Made by a program: the position numbers and the translations under genes. 64,000 bases of DNA. It comes from Oculatellaceae cyanobacterium bins.114 (GTDB lineage Bacteria > Cyanobacteriota > Cyanobacteriia > Elainellales > Elainellaceae). Every line of letters begins with the position of its first letter. Positions within the stretch are counted from its first letter, which is position 1. The notes beneath the pieces are model-generated. The model worked only from the letters and a program-made list of their open reading frames with translations. It had not been told where the DNA came from and made no database searches. Below are positions 10,022 to 20,644 of this stretch, piece by piece. Location: contig JANRJA010000137.1 of NCBI GenBank assembly GCA_033764315.1, positions 46,274 to 110,273 on the forward strand, written 5' to 3'.

Positions 10022-10537
10022 ATGATAAATAGCTGCATTGTGGTGCGAAAACCACTCGAAACCGATTGGCAAGAGTTATTAACGCTGCATCAAGCCAGCC
10101 AGGAGTTTCATTTTCCTTGGGTGTTTCCAGCCTTAACAGAAGATGGTTGCAAAGCCTACATTCGGCGGTGCCAAAATGAAGATTTTGAAGGGCTATTGAT
10201 TTGCCATGCTGAGACTTCTCGCATTATTGGGGTTGCCAATCTCAGCCAGATTTTTTATAAATCGTTTCAAAATGCGTACTTGGGCTACTACGGCAGTGTT
10301 GAGTATGCGGGACAAGGATTGATGACAGAAGGACTGCGCTTAGTGGTTAACCATGCCTTTTATATCCTCGGTTTACACCGTTTAGAAGCAAACATTCAGC
10401 CTGACAATCAGAGGTCGATTGCCCTGATCCGGCGGTTGGGTTTTACCCAAGAGGGATTTTCACGCCGTTATCTCTATATCAATGGGGCATGGCGCGACCA
10501 TGAACGCTGGGCGGTGACTGTTGAAAATTGGATTTAG
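10022..10537 (+). CDS. GNAT acetyltransferase, RimJ-like
   Basis: FQNAYLGY, GQGLMTEGL, LHRLEANIQPDN.RS, GF..EG, W.DH motifs. Confidence 0.9.
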   Translation: MINSCIVVRKPLETDWQELLTLHQASQEFHFPWVFPALTEDGCKAYIRRCQNEDFEGLLICHAETSRIIGVANLSQIFYKSFQNAYLGYYGSVEYAGQGLMTEGLRLVVNHAFYILGLHRLEANIQPDNQRSIALIRRLGFTQEGFSRRYLYINGAWRDHERWAVTVENWI

Positions 10538-10647
10538 CGAGAGTTCTGTATTGAACGCATTCCCTCTACTTTTTCTGGCTGTTGCGGCTTGGGTTTAAGA
10601 TGAAAGAAGCATTTCATTAAAACAAGCACCTTTGCCTGATTTGATTC

Positions 10648-11220
10648 ATGGATATTACAGAGTTTTTTCAACAGAGTGCTGGAAAGTGGCTTTCACAGCG
10701 AACGAGTCATAATCTTGCGTCTCAGCAATCTGAAAATGGTAAATCTACGGTTCAGATTGAGATGATGCCAAACGATGCGCCTGAGGTGATTAAACTCTGT
10801 GAGCTTGGCAATGTTGATCCAGCGATCGCCTTGTTTGGGGTAAAAATCGCCTGGGATGGCAACATCGACTGGCAAAGCACAAAACAAACTGGCTCTACTC
10901 TGCTGGTTCCTGTGCCAGATTTAGACAAAGCCAATGAAGGTAACCTTTTGCGTAGCCTGGGTTACGCTGAAAAAACTCCTGTTTCAGGTCGCTATAGTGT
11001 GGGTAGTGATGATGCCCTCACCCTCATCATCGAAACTGAAGCCCTCTATTCTGAAGAACGACTGTGGTTTGCTAGCCCCAATCTGCGATTAAGAACCAGT
11101 ATTCTCAGGTCGTCGGGTGGCCCTAGTCTGGCGTCATTTTGTTCAGAGATTCGCATGGGGGTTACTCAACCTCCCGCAGAGTCAACTCCTGCTACTGAGG
11201 GTGCCAGTCAAACGAGTTAG
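10648..11220 (+). CDS. cpcS: CpcS/CpeS-type phycobiliprotein lyase
   Basis: [52 protein letters not shown]. Confidence 0.88.
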   Translation: MDITEFFQQSAGKWLSQRTSHNLASQQSENGKSTVQIEMMPNDAPEVIKLCELGNVDPAIALFGVKIAWDGNIDWQSTKQTGSTLLVPVPDLDKANEGNLLRSLGYAEKTPVSGRYSVGSDDALTLIIETEALYSEERLWFASPNLRLRTSILRSSGGPSLASFCSEIRMGVTQPPAESTPATEGASQTS

Positions 11221-11222
11221 GG

Positions 11223-11888
11223 TCAACTGCGCTTGAGAGCAAGGGTTAGGCCATCTGCGATCGGCACCAAGCTCAGGCTGATGCGTTCATCGTGATGCAA
11301 GCGTTGATTTAGCTCACGCAGGGTTGATACGCTCACGTCATCAGGGTTGGGATGGACAACTTCCCCTGACCACAGCACATTGTCGATCGCCATCAACCCA
11401 CCCGGTCTGAGCAGTTGCAGCACGCGATCGTAGTAGTTGAGATAATTGGCTTTGTCGGCGTCGATAAAGGCAAAGTCAATCGTATTGGCGTGTCCTTCGG
11501 CTAATAGCTGGTCGAGCGTAGACAACGCCGGGGCTAAGCGCAGGTCAATCTTATGAGCCACCCCTGCTTCTTGCCAATATCGGTGTGCCACTGAGGTAAA
11601 CTCTTCGCTGACGTCACAGGCGATGAGGCGGCCCTGCTCAGGTAATGCTAGGGCGATCGCAAGTGCACTATATCCTGTAAAAACCCCTAACTCCAGAGTT
11701 TTAGTTGCACCCATTAATTGCACCAATAACGCCATAAATTGCCCTTGCTCTGGCGCAATTTGCATATTGGCATAGGGATGGCGCACCGTTTCTTCTCGCA
11801 GCCGCAAGAGAATGTCGGGTTCTCGTAGCGAAACAGATAATAAGTAATCGTAGAGCGGTTGTGCTAGCCCAATAGTTTTGTTAGACAT
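11223..11888 (-). CDS. Class I SAM-dependent O-methyltransferase (CCoAOMT-like)
   Basis: MQIAPEQGQF, LELGVFTGYS, FAFIDADKANY, DNVLWSG, PIADGLTL. Confidence 0.92.
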   Translation of the reverse strand: MSNKTIGLAQPLYDYLLSVSLREPDILLRLREETVRHPYANMQIAPEQGQFMALLVQLMGATKTLELGVFTGYSALAIALALPEQGRLIACDVSEEFTSVAHRYWQEAGVAHKIDLRLAPALSTLDQLLAEGHANTIDFAFIDADKANYLNYYDRVLQLLRPGGLMAIDNVLWSGEVVHPNPDDVSVSTLRELNQRLHHDERISLSLVPIADGLTLALKRS

Positions 11889-12119
11889 TAGATCTAATGG
11901 CAGGTTTACCCACTTTCTAAATCTAGACTATAGCAGTCCCTGCTGGGTCAACTATGGGGTGCAGGGCGCAGGTCGCGCGGGTTTCCCCCCCCTCCTTGGT
12001 ACTAACGGCCTCATCCTGGTTCTATAGCAGTCCTAAATCACTTGTAAAAAGCCCTGTCATTGGGCATTGAGTCTGTAACTAGGTACTCAAGGCTAAGGAC
12101 GATTGACGGTCGGGGGAGT

Positions 12120-12223
12120 GGCGGTTGAAACCGCACCTATCAGAACAAAACCGGCCTCTGCCGGTTTAAAACCCTCAGTCTGCGTAGGCGGACTTCGTTC
12201 CAAGAGCCGTGAATTCATTCGCC
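12120..12223. repeat. Dispersed palindromic repeat (GCGGTTGAAACCGC...GCGAATT(n)ATTCGC family), copy 1
   Basis: Shares ordered hairpin modules with the copies near 25430, 47207 and 63862. Confidence 0.8.
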
Positions 12224-12268
12224 GGTTTCAGTCCCTATCCTTATTCCTCATTGACTAACCCAACCTGT

Positions 12269-13012
12269 CTATCGCCGCAATTTCTTCAGAAGTCGTTCTG
12301 CCTCACCAATTAAATGACGTTTTTGCCGATAGTGAAATTTAGGCGCACTTTTAAGCTTAAAGATCATCGTTTCTAATAACTGGTGTGCGGCATCAGTGTC
12401 TCCTCGTTGAATCTGAATTTTAGCTAGCATGAGGGGCGTTTCAGGGTGCCCCCAATGTTTTAAGTCTTTCTCTAAGTGAGGTTCTACCGCTTCCCAATCT
12501 TCTAGCGCAAATAGGGTTTGTCCATACGATAAAGAGGCTTCACCAAATTTGTAGTCTGGCTCTAAGTTGATGAGCGTTTGTAGATAGTCTTTAGCGATCG
12601 CAAACTGCTTATTTTGCATGGCGATCGCTGCCAATCCCCACAGGGCATGAATATTTTTAGGTTCTTTGTCGAGGGCTTGTTGATAAGCTTCAGTTGCCTT
12701 ATCGAGCATTTTTATCTCGCTCAAGACATTTCCCAAGGTCACATATTGGTGTGCTTTACCAATGTTTCTGACGGCTGCTTCAGCATTCCATAAATCTTGA
12801 CGTCGTGACCACCGCCGAAAATAAGGGAAAACGGGTAGGTTGAGATAGGGTAACCGTCGCACTAAAAAATAAAGAACTGCGCCTGGAATATTGAGAAAGA
12901 TCAAGATAAAAATCCAGGTAGCTTTCTCAGGATCATTCCGAACACAATCAAAAATCATCAACATCCAGAACCCGGTTGCGACAAACGCCAGAAACTGTAT
13001 CATCGGTGACAT
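12269..13012 (-). CDS. TPR protein with N-terminal PLDc_N-like two-TM hairpin
   Basis: FWMLMIFDC...WIFILIFLNIPGAVLYF followed by TPR helices (YQQALDKEPKNIHALWGLA). Confidence 0.85.
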   Translation of the reverse strand: MSPMIQFLAFVATGFWMLMIFDCVRNDPEKATWIFILIFLNIPGAVLYFLVRRLPYLNLPVFPYFRRWSRRQDLWNAEAAVRNIGKAHQYVTLGNVLSEIKMLDKATEAYQQALDKEPKNIHALWGLAAIAMQNKQFAIAKDYLQTLINLEPDYKFGEASLSYGQTLFALEDWEAVEPHLEKDLKHWGHPETPLMLAKIQIQRGDTDAAHQLLETMIFKLKSAPKFHYRQKRHLIGEAERLLKKLRR

Positions 13013-13265
13013 CCTTATTTAACTGAGTTCGTGCCCCTGAAGTCAGAGAAATCTGATGCAGGCTAATGTGCAATGGTAGGTCTTGATTTGTAAATCACGA
13101 TTTACAGTTAGGATTCCCAGTTTAGTGCTCGAAAATGGCGTAAAGATTTATAAAATCACTCGTCAAAGACTTAGAACTGCTATAGGAAGGGTGTTTTTGC
13201 CAAACGCTGCAAAACCAGTCCTTCTCAACAAGCTGTTCCGTGAGAATTAATTTTTTGAGGAGAAA

Positions 13266-14078
13266 TTACTCAGCGTTCTCAAGGGGAGATTTTTGAATAT
13301 CTCGTAGATCAGGTAATTCGACTAAATCTGCTTTTGCAGCTTGTTGAGGCTCTTCTTGAGCCACTAGCTCTTTCTGGGTTTCTTTGATTTCGAGTGGCAA
13401 TTGGAGTGGTGTTAATTGTTCGAGCCAATGGCTGGCAACTGGGAGCGAGAGTTCTAAGTCATCTAGCGGTCGAGGAATGATAATGATGGCATGGAGTTCT
13501 CCGATGCGCTCGGCTTCATGCATTCCCACTTCAATGGCGATCGCTACATCTGAAACTCGCCCACGAATAATGGCAGTGCATAAGCCATCTCCAGTCATTT
13601 CATAGGCTGCCAGGTTGACATCAGCGGCTTTGAGCATGGCATCAGCCGCCCCCACCATCGCTGGAAAACCTCGCGTTTCTAACAGCCCGATCGCTTGATT
13701 GCTGAGTTTGCTAAAGCCTTGTTGTTGAACAATTTCAGCCAATCGACTGCTGATCGGTAAGACCACTTCTAAGTTGGGCATGGGGCGTGGAATAATGCTG
13801 TGCGATACCAATTGCCCAAACTGCTCAGCGGTCTCTGCCCCCACCTGAACGGCAATTCGCACATCGGCAATGTTACCTCTAACAACAGCGGTGCAATGGC
13901 CACTGCCAATTTTTTCAAACCCAATCAGAGTGACACCCGATGCTTTTAGCATCGTATCGGCTGTGCCCACGATCGCCGGAAAGCTCTGAGTAGACACCAT
14001 ACCAATCGCACTGCCACTCAAACTAGGCGATCGCCCATCCCTGGAATTCTGGCTCGCTTTGCTCGGGTTCATCTCCAT
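13266..14078 (-). CDS. ccmO: Carboxysome tandem-BMC shell protein CcmO
   Basis: Two BMC domains (AIGMVST.SFPAIVG; AIGLLETRGFPAMVG); follows ccmN. Confidence 0.93.
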   Translation of the reverse strand: MEMNPSKASQNSRDGRSPSLSGSAIGMVSTQSFPAIVGTADTMLKASGVTLIGFEKIGSGHCTAVVRGNIADVRIAVQVGAETAEQFGQLVSHSIIPRPMPNLEVVLPISSRLAEIVQQQGFSKLSNQAIGLLETRGFPAMVGAADAMLKAADVNLAAYEMTGDGLCTAIIRGRVSDVAIAIEVGMHEAERIGELHAIIIIPRPLDDLELSLPVASHWLEQLTPLQLPLEIKETQKELVAQEEPQQAAKADLVELPDLRDIQKSPLENAE

Positions 14079-14097
14079 GCTGCTCTCCGTTTCCCCA

Positions 14098-14817
14098 TCA
14101 CTCTGATGCTTGATCTAATGCAGAAGTCGTTTGGTTCAACGGCTGATTCAGAGCTTGCCGATGAGGAAAGAGAGCGGCCATCATTTGATTGAAAGCATCT
14201 AATCCATAAACCTTGGGCTCTTGAGCTGGATTGGGTTGTGCCGACTGTGATTGTGTCTCTTTAAGGTCAGGTTGGGCAGTTTTGGACGAGCTAGTCGTGG
14301 GCGAACTAGTCGTGGGCGAGCTAGTGGCGGGCACTTCAACATCATCTTGAGAGGCAAAAGATTCGACGACAGCATCTGTCGTCTTCGCTCCATCGCCTCC
14401 ATTGAGACTATTGTCATTCCCATCAGATAGATCGGAGCTTGAGTCAGACCCAGGCAATGCTATCTGTCGGCTGCGATCGCCAATCAGAGACTCTGGAGGG
14501 ACGACTTGCCCTGCTTCGACACAACCATTAAAGATAGTGGTCATTGACCCAATACAGGCATTTGCTCCAATCTTACCATTGCCAACCAGAAGCACACCAC
14601 TGCCCAAACAGGCATTAGTGTCGATCGCCAAGATTCCCTCATGGGCATGCAAAATGGAGCCTGCTCCAATCGAGACCCCTGCCGCAATCATAATGCGGGC
14701 ACCTAAATCGGCTTGAAGTAACACACCAGGAGCGATCGCTGCACTCGGATGAACAGTCACATCTCCGCTAGTAGAGAAGTGGGGCTGATTCATCAATTGC
14801 GGTTGCGGCAATAGCAT
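14098..14817 (-). CDS. ccmN: Carboxysome protein CcmN
   Basis: Hexapeptide-repeat N-domain (SGDVTVHPSAAIAPGVLLQA) and C-terminal encapsulation peptide VYG...FNQMMAALFPHR. Confidence 0.93.
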   Translation of the reverse strand: MLLPQPQLMNQPHFSTSGDVTVHPSAAIAPGVLLQADLGARIMIAAGVSIGAGSILHAHEGILAIDTNACLGSGVLLVGNGKIGANACIGSMTTIFNGCVEAGQVVPPESLIGDRSRQIALPGSDSSSDLSDGNDNSLNGGDGAKTTDAVVESFASQDDVEVPATSSPTTSSPTTSSSKTAQPDLKETQSQSAQPNPAQEPKVYGLDAFNQMMAALFPHRQALNQPLNQTTSALDQASE

Positions 14818-14966
14818 CGCTCAGAGTTAAAAAGTGGGTCAAAGAAGGAGAATTGAAGACAATCAGCAGAAACTGTAAGGCTAGCAATACGAAAAGCTTA
14901 ACCTCTCCTTCTCGCAATAATCTCACTTCAACAGAAGTGATTAATCATGTCTCATCTCCCCAATTC

Positions 14967-16625
14967 CTACGGACGTTGAACGATAACCTCGCTAACCCGG
15001 CGTTTTGATTGCGTGTCAATGCCGATCAACCGGACATAGTGCCCTTTGTGTTCAGCCATACAGGCTTCGAGTGCAGCAAACACATCTGAATCACGAGTGC
15101 TGTTGACTGATGCACAACTGGTCCAAGAACTGGTTTGAAACCGTCGTGTATCCGCGTGCTCCATGCCAACGCGATAGCCCTGGCTCAACAACTGTCGGAC
15201 TTGTGTGACCACCTCTGGGCTGAGTCGAGCATTACCCGCAGGAGCCGCAGAACTTCTTGCCTGAGCACTGGAACCATAGCTGCTAGAGCTAGTTTGAGGA
15301 GCACTGGGTTCGCTAATGACCCGTCCTCCAGGACGTTGAACGATCATTTCTCCCACCCGTCGCTTCGATTTTGTATCAATTCCAAAAACACGCACATACT
15401 CACCTGTGTGCTCTGCCATACACCGCTCTAACGCCGCGATCGCCTCTGATTCGCGGTTAGAAGTGATTGAGGGGCAACTCTGCCAAGAACTAGTTTGAAA
15501 CCGGCGAGCATCTGCATGTTCTAGTCCGATGCGATAGCCTTGTGCCAAGAACTGACGGATCTGAGCTGCCACATCTCCATTGGCATGACCTCCACCCAAG
15601 TGGCTTGCGGGAGCTGACTTGGCACTGGCCGATGGGGTGTAAGTAGAAGCAGGCGATCGCCCATTAGACGAATGACCACCGGGTCGTTGCACAATCAGCT
15701 CTGACACCCGCCGTTTAGACTGAGTATCAATGCCAAATAAACGGACATATTCGCCACTATGTTCTGCAAGACAGGCTTCTAGTGCTGACAGTACTTCAGA
15801 ATCACGGGTAGAGGCGATCGGGGTACAACTTTTCCATGAGCTGGTTTGAAACCGGCGAGCATCTGCGTGTTCAGTACCAATTCGATATCCACCGGCAAGA
15901 AGTTGGCGGACCTGCTGAACGACTTCTGAATCTAAATGAGAGTTTTGCATTTGATTGGTATCCTGGCTATAACGATGGGAACTGGAGTTTTTACTAGCAT
16001 TGCCCGGTTGATTGGTGGCAGATGGGTTAGAGACAACCTGCTCAACTGGTTGATAACCCGATCGCAATCCATCTTGAGTTCCAGCTAATTGACTGGCAAA
16101 CTTCAAGTCAACGGATTGAACCTCTGGCAAACGATCGGCTTGCTGCTGCGTTGTAATTACGGATCCGGAAGGTACAAATTTTCCAGGCGGAATCTCCACA
16201 TCCTGAATCAGCACATGCATCATCACAATGCTGCCTTTCCCCACCCGTGCATTAAAAATTGTGGAGCGAAAGCCAATAAAACAGTTGTCACCAATGTAAG
16301 CCGGACCATGAATCAAAGCCATGTGGGTGATCGAGACACTCTCCCCAATCCACACGGAATATGGCTTTTGATCATCCCCTAAAACACGACCTTGTTCCAG
16401 GCCATGAATTACAGCCCCATCTTGAATACTGCTGCCATCTCCAACATAAAACGGACCCCCCTGATCAGCTTGAATAAAACTCCCAGGGGCAATGGATACG
16501 TTCACACCTACATAGACATTCTCAAATGCATCCATAAATGATTGCATGTAGGCTGACTCATTTGCTTTCGGCTGCACTAAACTCGTTGACCGGGCAGGTG
16601 GAGCAGCCGAGCCACGGACTACCAT
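14967..16625 (-). CDS. ccmM: Carboxysome scaffold CcmM (gamma-CA-like domain plus 3 SSUL repeats)
   Basis: [15 protein letters not shown]...[12 protein letters not shown]; three [23 protein letters not shown] repeats. Confidence 0.96.
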   Translation of the reverse strand: MVVRGSAAPPARSTSLVQPKANESAYMQSFMDAFENVYVGVNVSIAPGSFIQADQGGPFYVGDGSSIQDGAVIHGLEQGRVLGDDQKPYSVWIGESVSITHMALIHGPAYIGDNCFIGFRSTIFNARVGKGSIVMMHVLIQDVEIPPGKFVPSGSVITTQQQADRLPEVQSVDLKFASQLAGTQDGLRSGYQPVEQVVSNPSATNQPGNASKNSSSHRYSQDTNQMQNSHLDSEVVQQVRQLLAGGYRIGTEHADARRFQTSSWKSCTPIASTRDSEVLSALEACLAEHSGEYVRLFGIDTQSKRRVSELIVQRPGGHSSNGRSPASTYTPSASAKSAPASHLGGGHANGDVAAQIRQFLAQGYRIGLEHADARRFQTSSWQSCPSITSNRESEAIAALERCMAEHTGEYVRVFGIDTKSKRRVGEMIVQRPGGRVISEPSAPQTSSSSYGSSAQARSSAAPAGNARLSPEVVTQVRQLLSQGYRVGMEHADTRRFQTSSWTSCASVNSTRDSDVFAALEACMAEHKGHYVRLIGIDTQSKRRVSEVIVQRP

Positions 16626-16678
16626 AAATTTGTTTCTCCTGGCTGGACATGCGACATGGCAACCCTAAACCATGTCGC

Positions 16679-16981
16679 CTAGCGATCTTGATCCCGTTTT
16701 CGATAGAGGAGTTGATTATCGAAACTGACAGTGTCGATAATGCCAATGACAAGAGCATCCAGGGGACGATGTTCACCTCCTGGTGTTTGGCGAGCAGCAC
16801 TACCTCGGCTCACCAACACCCATTCATCAATCCCCGCGCCAACTGTATCAGCAGCAACCTCATACTCTGGTAGAGGCTGACCTTCCTCATTAAGCAGTTG
16901 TACCAACAGGAACTTCACCCCCCTGAGGCTCGGTTCCTTTTGAGTACTGACTACTGTGCCGCACACTCTGGCAATTTGCAT
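16679..16981 (-). CDS. ccmL: Carboxysome vertex protein CcmL
   Basis: MQIARVCGTVVSTQKEPSLRGVKFL...YEVAADTVGAG..EWVLVSRGSAAR. Confidence 0.96.
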   Translation of the reverse strand: MQIARVCGTVVSTQKEPSLRGVKFLLVQLLNEEGQPLPEYEVAADTVGAGIDEWVLVSRGSAARQTPGGEHRPLDALVIGIIDTVSFDNQLLYRKRDQDR

Positions 16982-16987
16982 CAGATC

Positions 16988-17329
16988 TTAAGAGCGGCTA
17001 ATCGGGCGAATACCACTAACACTCTCACGGAACGCTTCAACCGCTTCGGTATAGCGAATGGGGAGAACATACTCCAGGTTTTCGTGAGGACGAGCAATGA
17101 TGTGGGTCGAAAGCACTTGTCCACCGTTAACGCGCTTAACGTTTTCGATGCCTGCTGCGACAGATGCCTGTACCTCAGACACATCGCCACGCACAATAAC
17201 CGTAACGCGACCGCTACCAATCTTTTCATATCCAACGAGGGTAACGCGGGCGGCTTTAACCATCGCGTCTGCTGCTTCTACAACGGCAGGAAAACCCAGT
17301 GTTTCTACCATTCCAACTGCAATTGCCAT
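16988..17329 (-). CDS. ccmK1: Carboxysome shell protein CcmK1 (C-terminally extended)
   Basis: [29 protein letters not shown]...; 113 aa from ATG 17329, with an upstream GGAGAA SD-like sequence. Confidence 0.92.
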   Translation of the reverse strand: MAIAVGMVETLGFPAVVEAADAMVKAARVTLVGYEKIGSGRVTVIVRGDVSEVQASVAAGIENVKRVNGGQVLSTHIIARPHENLEYVLPIRYTEAVEAFRESVSGIRPISRS

Positions 17330-17447
17330 TTGAATTCTCCCTTCCAAATCGATAATGATTTTGACAACTTTAAAAACCGGCATTGGCTCAGCATTGGCTC
17401 AGCCGTTGCCTTTGAAATCGCCACCTCAACCCGTCATAGGTAGAGGG

Positions 17448-17756
17448 CTATGACCGAAATTGTTCTACAGCTTCCGTATAGCGGATGGGTAAAACAAATT
17501 CTAAGTTTTCATGTGGACGAGCAATGATGTGAGTGGATAGCACTTCACCCCCATTTACCCGTTTCACATTCTCAATGCCTGCTGCGACAGACGCTTGTAC
17601 CTCAGACACATCGCCACGCACAATAACCGTGACGCGACCACTGCCAATTTTTTCGTATCCCACAAGAGTGACACGGGCAGCTTTAACCATGGCATCCGCT
17701 GCCTCAACCACGGCAGGAAAGCCGCGGGTTTCAATCATTCCAACAGCAATTGGCAT
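17448..17756 (-). CDS. ccmK2: Carboxysome shell protein CcmK2
   Basis: 102-aa BMC-H protein ending EAVEQFRS; first gene of the ccm operon. Confidence 0.92.
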   Translation of the reverse strand: MPIAVGMIETRGFPAVVEAADAMVKAARVTLVGYEKIGSGRVTVIVRGDVSEVQASVAAGIENVKRVNGGEVLSTHIIARPHENLEFVLPIRYTEAVEQFRS

Positions 17757-17931
17757 TTCTCTATCTCCTGCAAGAGATCCTGACTATGCGAAAAACTTTG
17801 CCTGAAAATTTCGACGGGAAACGTCAATTATTAATCTTCAGAAAAGCACCTTAGAATTCCCAATGTTAAGAATACAGGTGGCGCGATCGCTTTGGCAACA
17901 TAAACCGGGGTGATTGTTTCTAATAACAAGC

Positions 17932-17946
17932 ATAACTCCAAACTAT
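17932..17946. promoter_or_regulatory. Possible LysR-type (T-N11-A) site in the ccmK2/ndhF4 divergent region
   Basis: ATAA-N7-CTAT; CCM promoters are known LysR (RbcR/NdhR/CmpR) targets, but the motif is short and the region is AT-rich. Confidence 0.3.
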
Positions 17947-18680
17947 ACCTGCAATTCAGATAATTACAGCAATTATCAAATTCGTACTATGAATTCTTCG
18001 CTCTATTGCCTCAAGTGAATATCAATTGACTCAACAATGAGAAGGATACCAGCTAACATCTAGAATTTCCTATACTCCTTCCCTGGCAGTCTTTCTGTCA
18101 TTAAAATCATGACTTTATAAAGATCAATGCCAAGAAGTAAGCAATCGTTAATTAAGCGATCGAAAACTTTAATGTACGTAATTTGAAATGGCATTTCATC
18201 TATAAAAACGTTGCTAAAGCATCCCAAAAAGACTCGCCTTAAGAGCAACGATAATTTTAAATCATACCATCGATAAGTAAGAGTTTTTAACTTCCATTTC
18301 CTCTCAACATTAAGTTAATCTCCTCAATATTTAGTCAGTTAATTTAGCTAGAGTTACGAAGTTGAAACAAAAGAAATCATTTACTGATGAGGTGACATTA
18401 TTAATTCCATAAGAAGAGTTAAGATGCATTGCGACTTGATACACTGATTAACGACCTGTAAACGATATCCCATCACTGGGCGAGATTTAGGGTCAGGTTA
18501 GCGGTAAGATGAGAATCACTCTCAGATTTATTAAGGCTATTTAATCTAATCGCTGGATATAGCTAGAGTGGCTATTTGATTGTTTTACTCTGCTGAGGAA
18601 GGGTGAAATTTATGTCAATGCTCTTCCAGTACGCTTGATTTTGGAAAATAATTAAGGAAATCTTTTAGGATAAAGCCACG

Positions 18681-20582
18681 ATGACTCAGTTCCTGCTTCA
18701 GTCGAGCTGGTGGGTGCCTGCGTATGGATTGGCAGGTGCCATTTTGACCCTACCGTGGTCGACGGGTGTGATTCGCCGCACGGGTCCTAGACCTGCTGCG
18801 TATTTCAATCTACTGATGACCTTGGTGGCATTGGTTCACAGTGTGATGGTCTTATACAGTGTTTGGAATGAACCCACTCAGAAGTTGTTGATTCCCTGGT
18901 TTAGCGTCAAAGGTTACCTCAATCTCTCTTTTGCTTTAGAGCTATCTCGCTTGAGCATGGGGGCTGCGGTCTTGATTACAGGGCTGAGTTTTTTGGCACA
19001 GGTCTTTGCTCTGGGCTATTTAGAAAAAGATTGGGCACTAGCACGGTTTTATGCCCTCATGGGCTTTTTTGAAGCCGCCATGAGTGGTCTGGCGTTGAGT
19101 GATTCGCTATTCCTCAGTTATGCCCTTTTAGAGATGCTAACCCTCTCAACTTATTTGTTAGTGGGTTTTTGGTATGCTCAGCCATTGGTTGTAACTGCTG
19201 CACGAGATGCCTTTTTAACAAAGCGGGTTGGAGACTTGCTTTTATTAATGGGTGTCGTTGTCTTATCAAGTTTGACGGGCAGTCTTAACTTTTCTGATTT
19301 GGCCGAGTGGTCAGAGGTGGCGCAGTTAGCTCCAACGGTGGCTACTCTTTTGGGGTTGGCTTTAATCTCAGGGCCGATTGGTAAATGCGCTCAGTTTCCT
19401 CTCAACCTCTGGTTAGATGAGGCGATGGAAGGCCCTAATCCGGCTTCAATCTTGCGGAACTCGGTGGTTGTGGCTTGTGGAGCTTATATTCTGATCAAGC
19501 TGCAACCTGTATTGGCTCTGTCTCCCGTAGCTCTGACCACGCTGATGGTGTTGGGGACGGTGACAGCCGTAGGAGCCTCTTTGGTGGCGATCGCCCAAGT
19601 CGATATCAAGCGTGCTTTATCCCATTCCACTAGTGCTTATTTAGGTCTCGTCTTTCTGGCGGTTGGCATTCAGCAAGATGAGGTGGCGTTGTTGTTCCTG
19701 TTTACCCATGCGATCGGTAAGGCTCTCTTATTTATGAGCATCGGATCGGTCATTCTCACAACAAGCACTCAAGATTTGACTGAGATGGGGGGATTAGGAG
19801 CACGGATGCCTGCTACAACCTCCGCATTTGTGGTGGGAGGAGTTGCCACAATTGCACTCTTGCCATTGGGAAGTTTTTGGGCGATGGCGGAATGGGCAGA
19901 TCGTTTTTCAACGGTGTCTCCCTGGATTGTAGGGGTTTTGTTGTTAGTTAATGGGTTAACGGCTTTTAATCTCACTCGCGTCTTTGGCTTGGTCTTTGGG
20001 GGTGAGCCACAACCTAAAACGCGTCGTGCTCCAGAGGTGCCCTGGTTGATGGCGGTACCAATGGTCTCTTTAACGATTGTGGCTTTGTTAACTCCTGTGA
20101 TGCTGTTTCAGTGGAACCTTCTCCCCAATTTTCAGTGGAGCTTTCTCCCAGAGTGGCTACGGTTAAATCAAACCAATTTGTTGTTGTTGATGTTGTCTAG
20201 CAGTGTGGGTTTAACAGCAGGAGCATTGCTCTATCTCAACCCGCGATCGCCCAAACCAGTGCGCTTTGTTTGGAAGTCAGTGCGAGATGTATTGGCCTAT
20301 GACTTTTGTATTGAGCAACTCTATCGTCTCAGTGTTGTTTTTGGCGTGGTGCAAGGATCACGTCTGACAGCCTGGTTTGATCGCTATGTTGTGGATGGCA
20401 TGGTTAATTTAGTTGGGGTCGTCTCTATCTTTAGTGGCGAGAGCTTGAAATACACCATTTCGGGTCAATCTCGACATTACTTGTTTACAGTGTTTTTAGG
20501 CGTCGTTTTGGCACTTGCTTGGCTCAGTTGGTCTTATTTCAACCCGGCTGATGCCCCTTATGTTTCTGCCAATCTGTTTTAA
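18681..20582 (+). CDS. ndhF4: NDH-1 subunit F4 (CO2 uptake)
   Basis: RRTGPRPAAY, GKCAQFPL..WLDEAMEGPNP, RRAPEV motifs; upstream of a CupB-sized gene. Confidence 0.9.
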   Translation: MTQFLLQSSWWVPAYGLAGAILTLPWSTGVIRRTGPRPAAYFNLLMTLVALVHSVMVLYSVWNEPTQKLLIPWFSVKGYLNLSFALELSRLSMGAAVLITGLSFLAQVFALGYLEKDWALARFYALMGFFEAAMSGLALSDSLFLSYALLEMLTLSTYLLVGFWYAQPLVVTAARDAFLTKRVGDLLLLMGVVVLSSLTGSLNFSDLAEWSEVAQLAPTVATLLGLALISGPIGKCAQFPLNLWLDEAMEGPNPASILRNSVVVACGAYILIKLQPVLALSPVALTTLMVLGTVTAVGASLVAIAQVDIKRALSHSTSAYLGLVFLAVGIQQDEVALLFLFTHAIGKALLFMSIGSVILTTSTQDLTEMGGLGARMPATTSAFVVGGVATIALLPLGSFWAMAEWADRFSTVSPWIVGVLLLVNGLTAFNLTRVFGLVFGGEPQPKTRRAPEVPWLMAVPMVSLTIVALLTPVMLFQWNLLPNFQWSFLPEWLRLNQTNLLLLMLSSSVGLTAGALLYLNPRSPKPVRFVWKSVRDVLAYDFCIEQLYRLSVVFGVVQGSRLTAWFDRYVVDGMVNLVGVVSIFSGESLKYTISGQSRHYLFTVFLGVVLALAWLSWSYFNPADAPYVSANLF

Positions 20583-20644
20583 ATCTGGGTTTTATCGGGT
20601 CTGTGCTCAATCTGTCAAACATCACTAGGGAGTAGAGAGTTGCA

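Larger units (their letters stand above)
12022..13185. mobile_element. Non-autonomous element bounded by inverted ends and enclosing a TPR gene
   Basis: Left end CTATAGCAGTCCTAAATC (12022); right end reverse complement CTATAGCAGTTCTAAGTC (ends 13185); 16/18 identical; no transposase inside. Confidence 0.55.

Noticed and set aside
14288..14333. 15-bp repeats in ccmN (TSSPT x3)
   Set aside because: Ordinary variation in the low-complexity CcmN linker.
18060..18248. 62-aa ORF in the ccmK2-ndhF4 gap; likewise 49325-49570 and the many antisense ORFs in the track
   Set aside because: AT-rich promoter DNA or shadows of real genes; no protein-like motifs or ribosome-binding sites.
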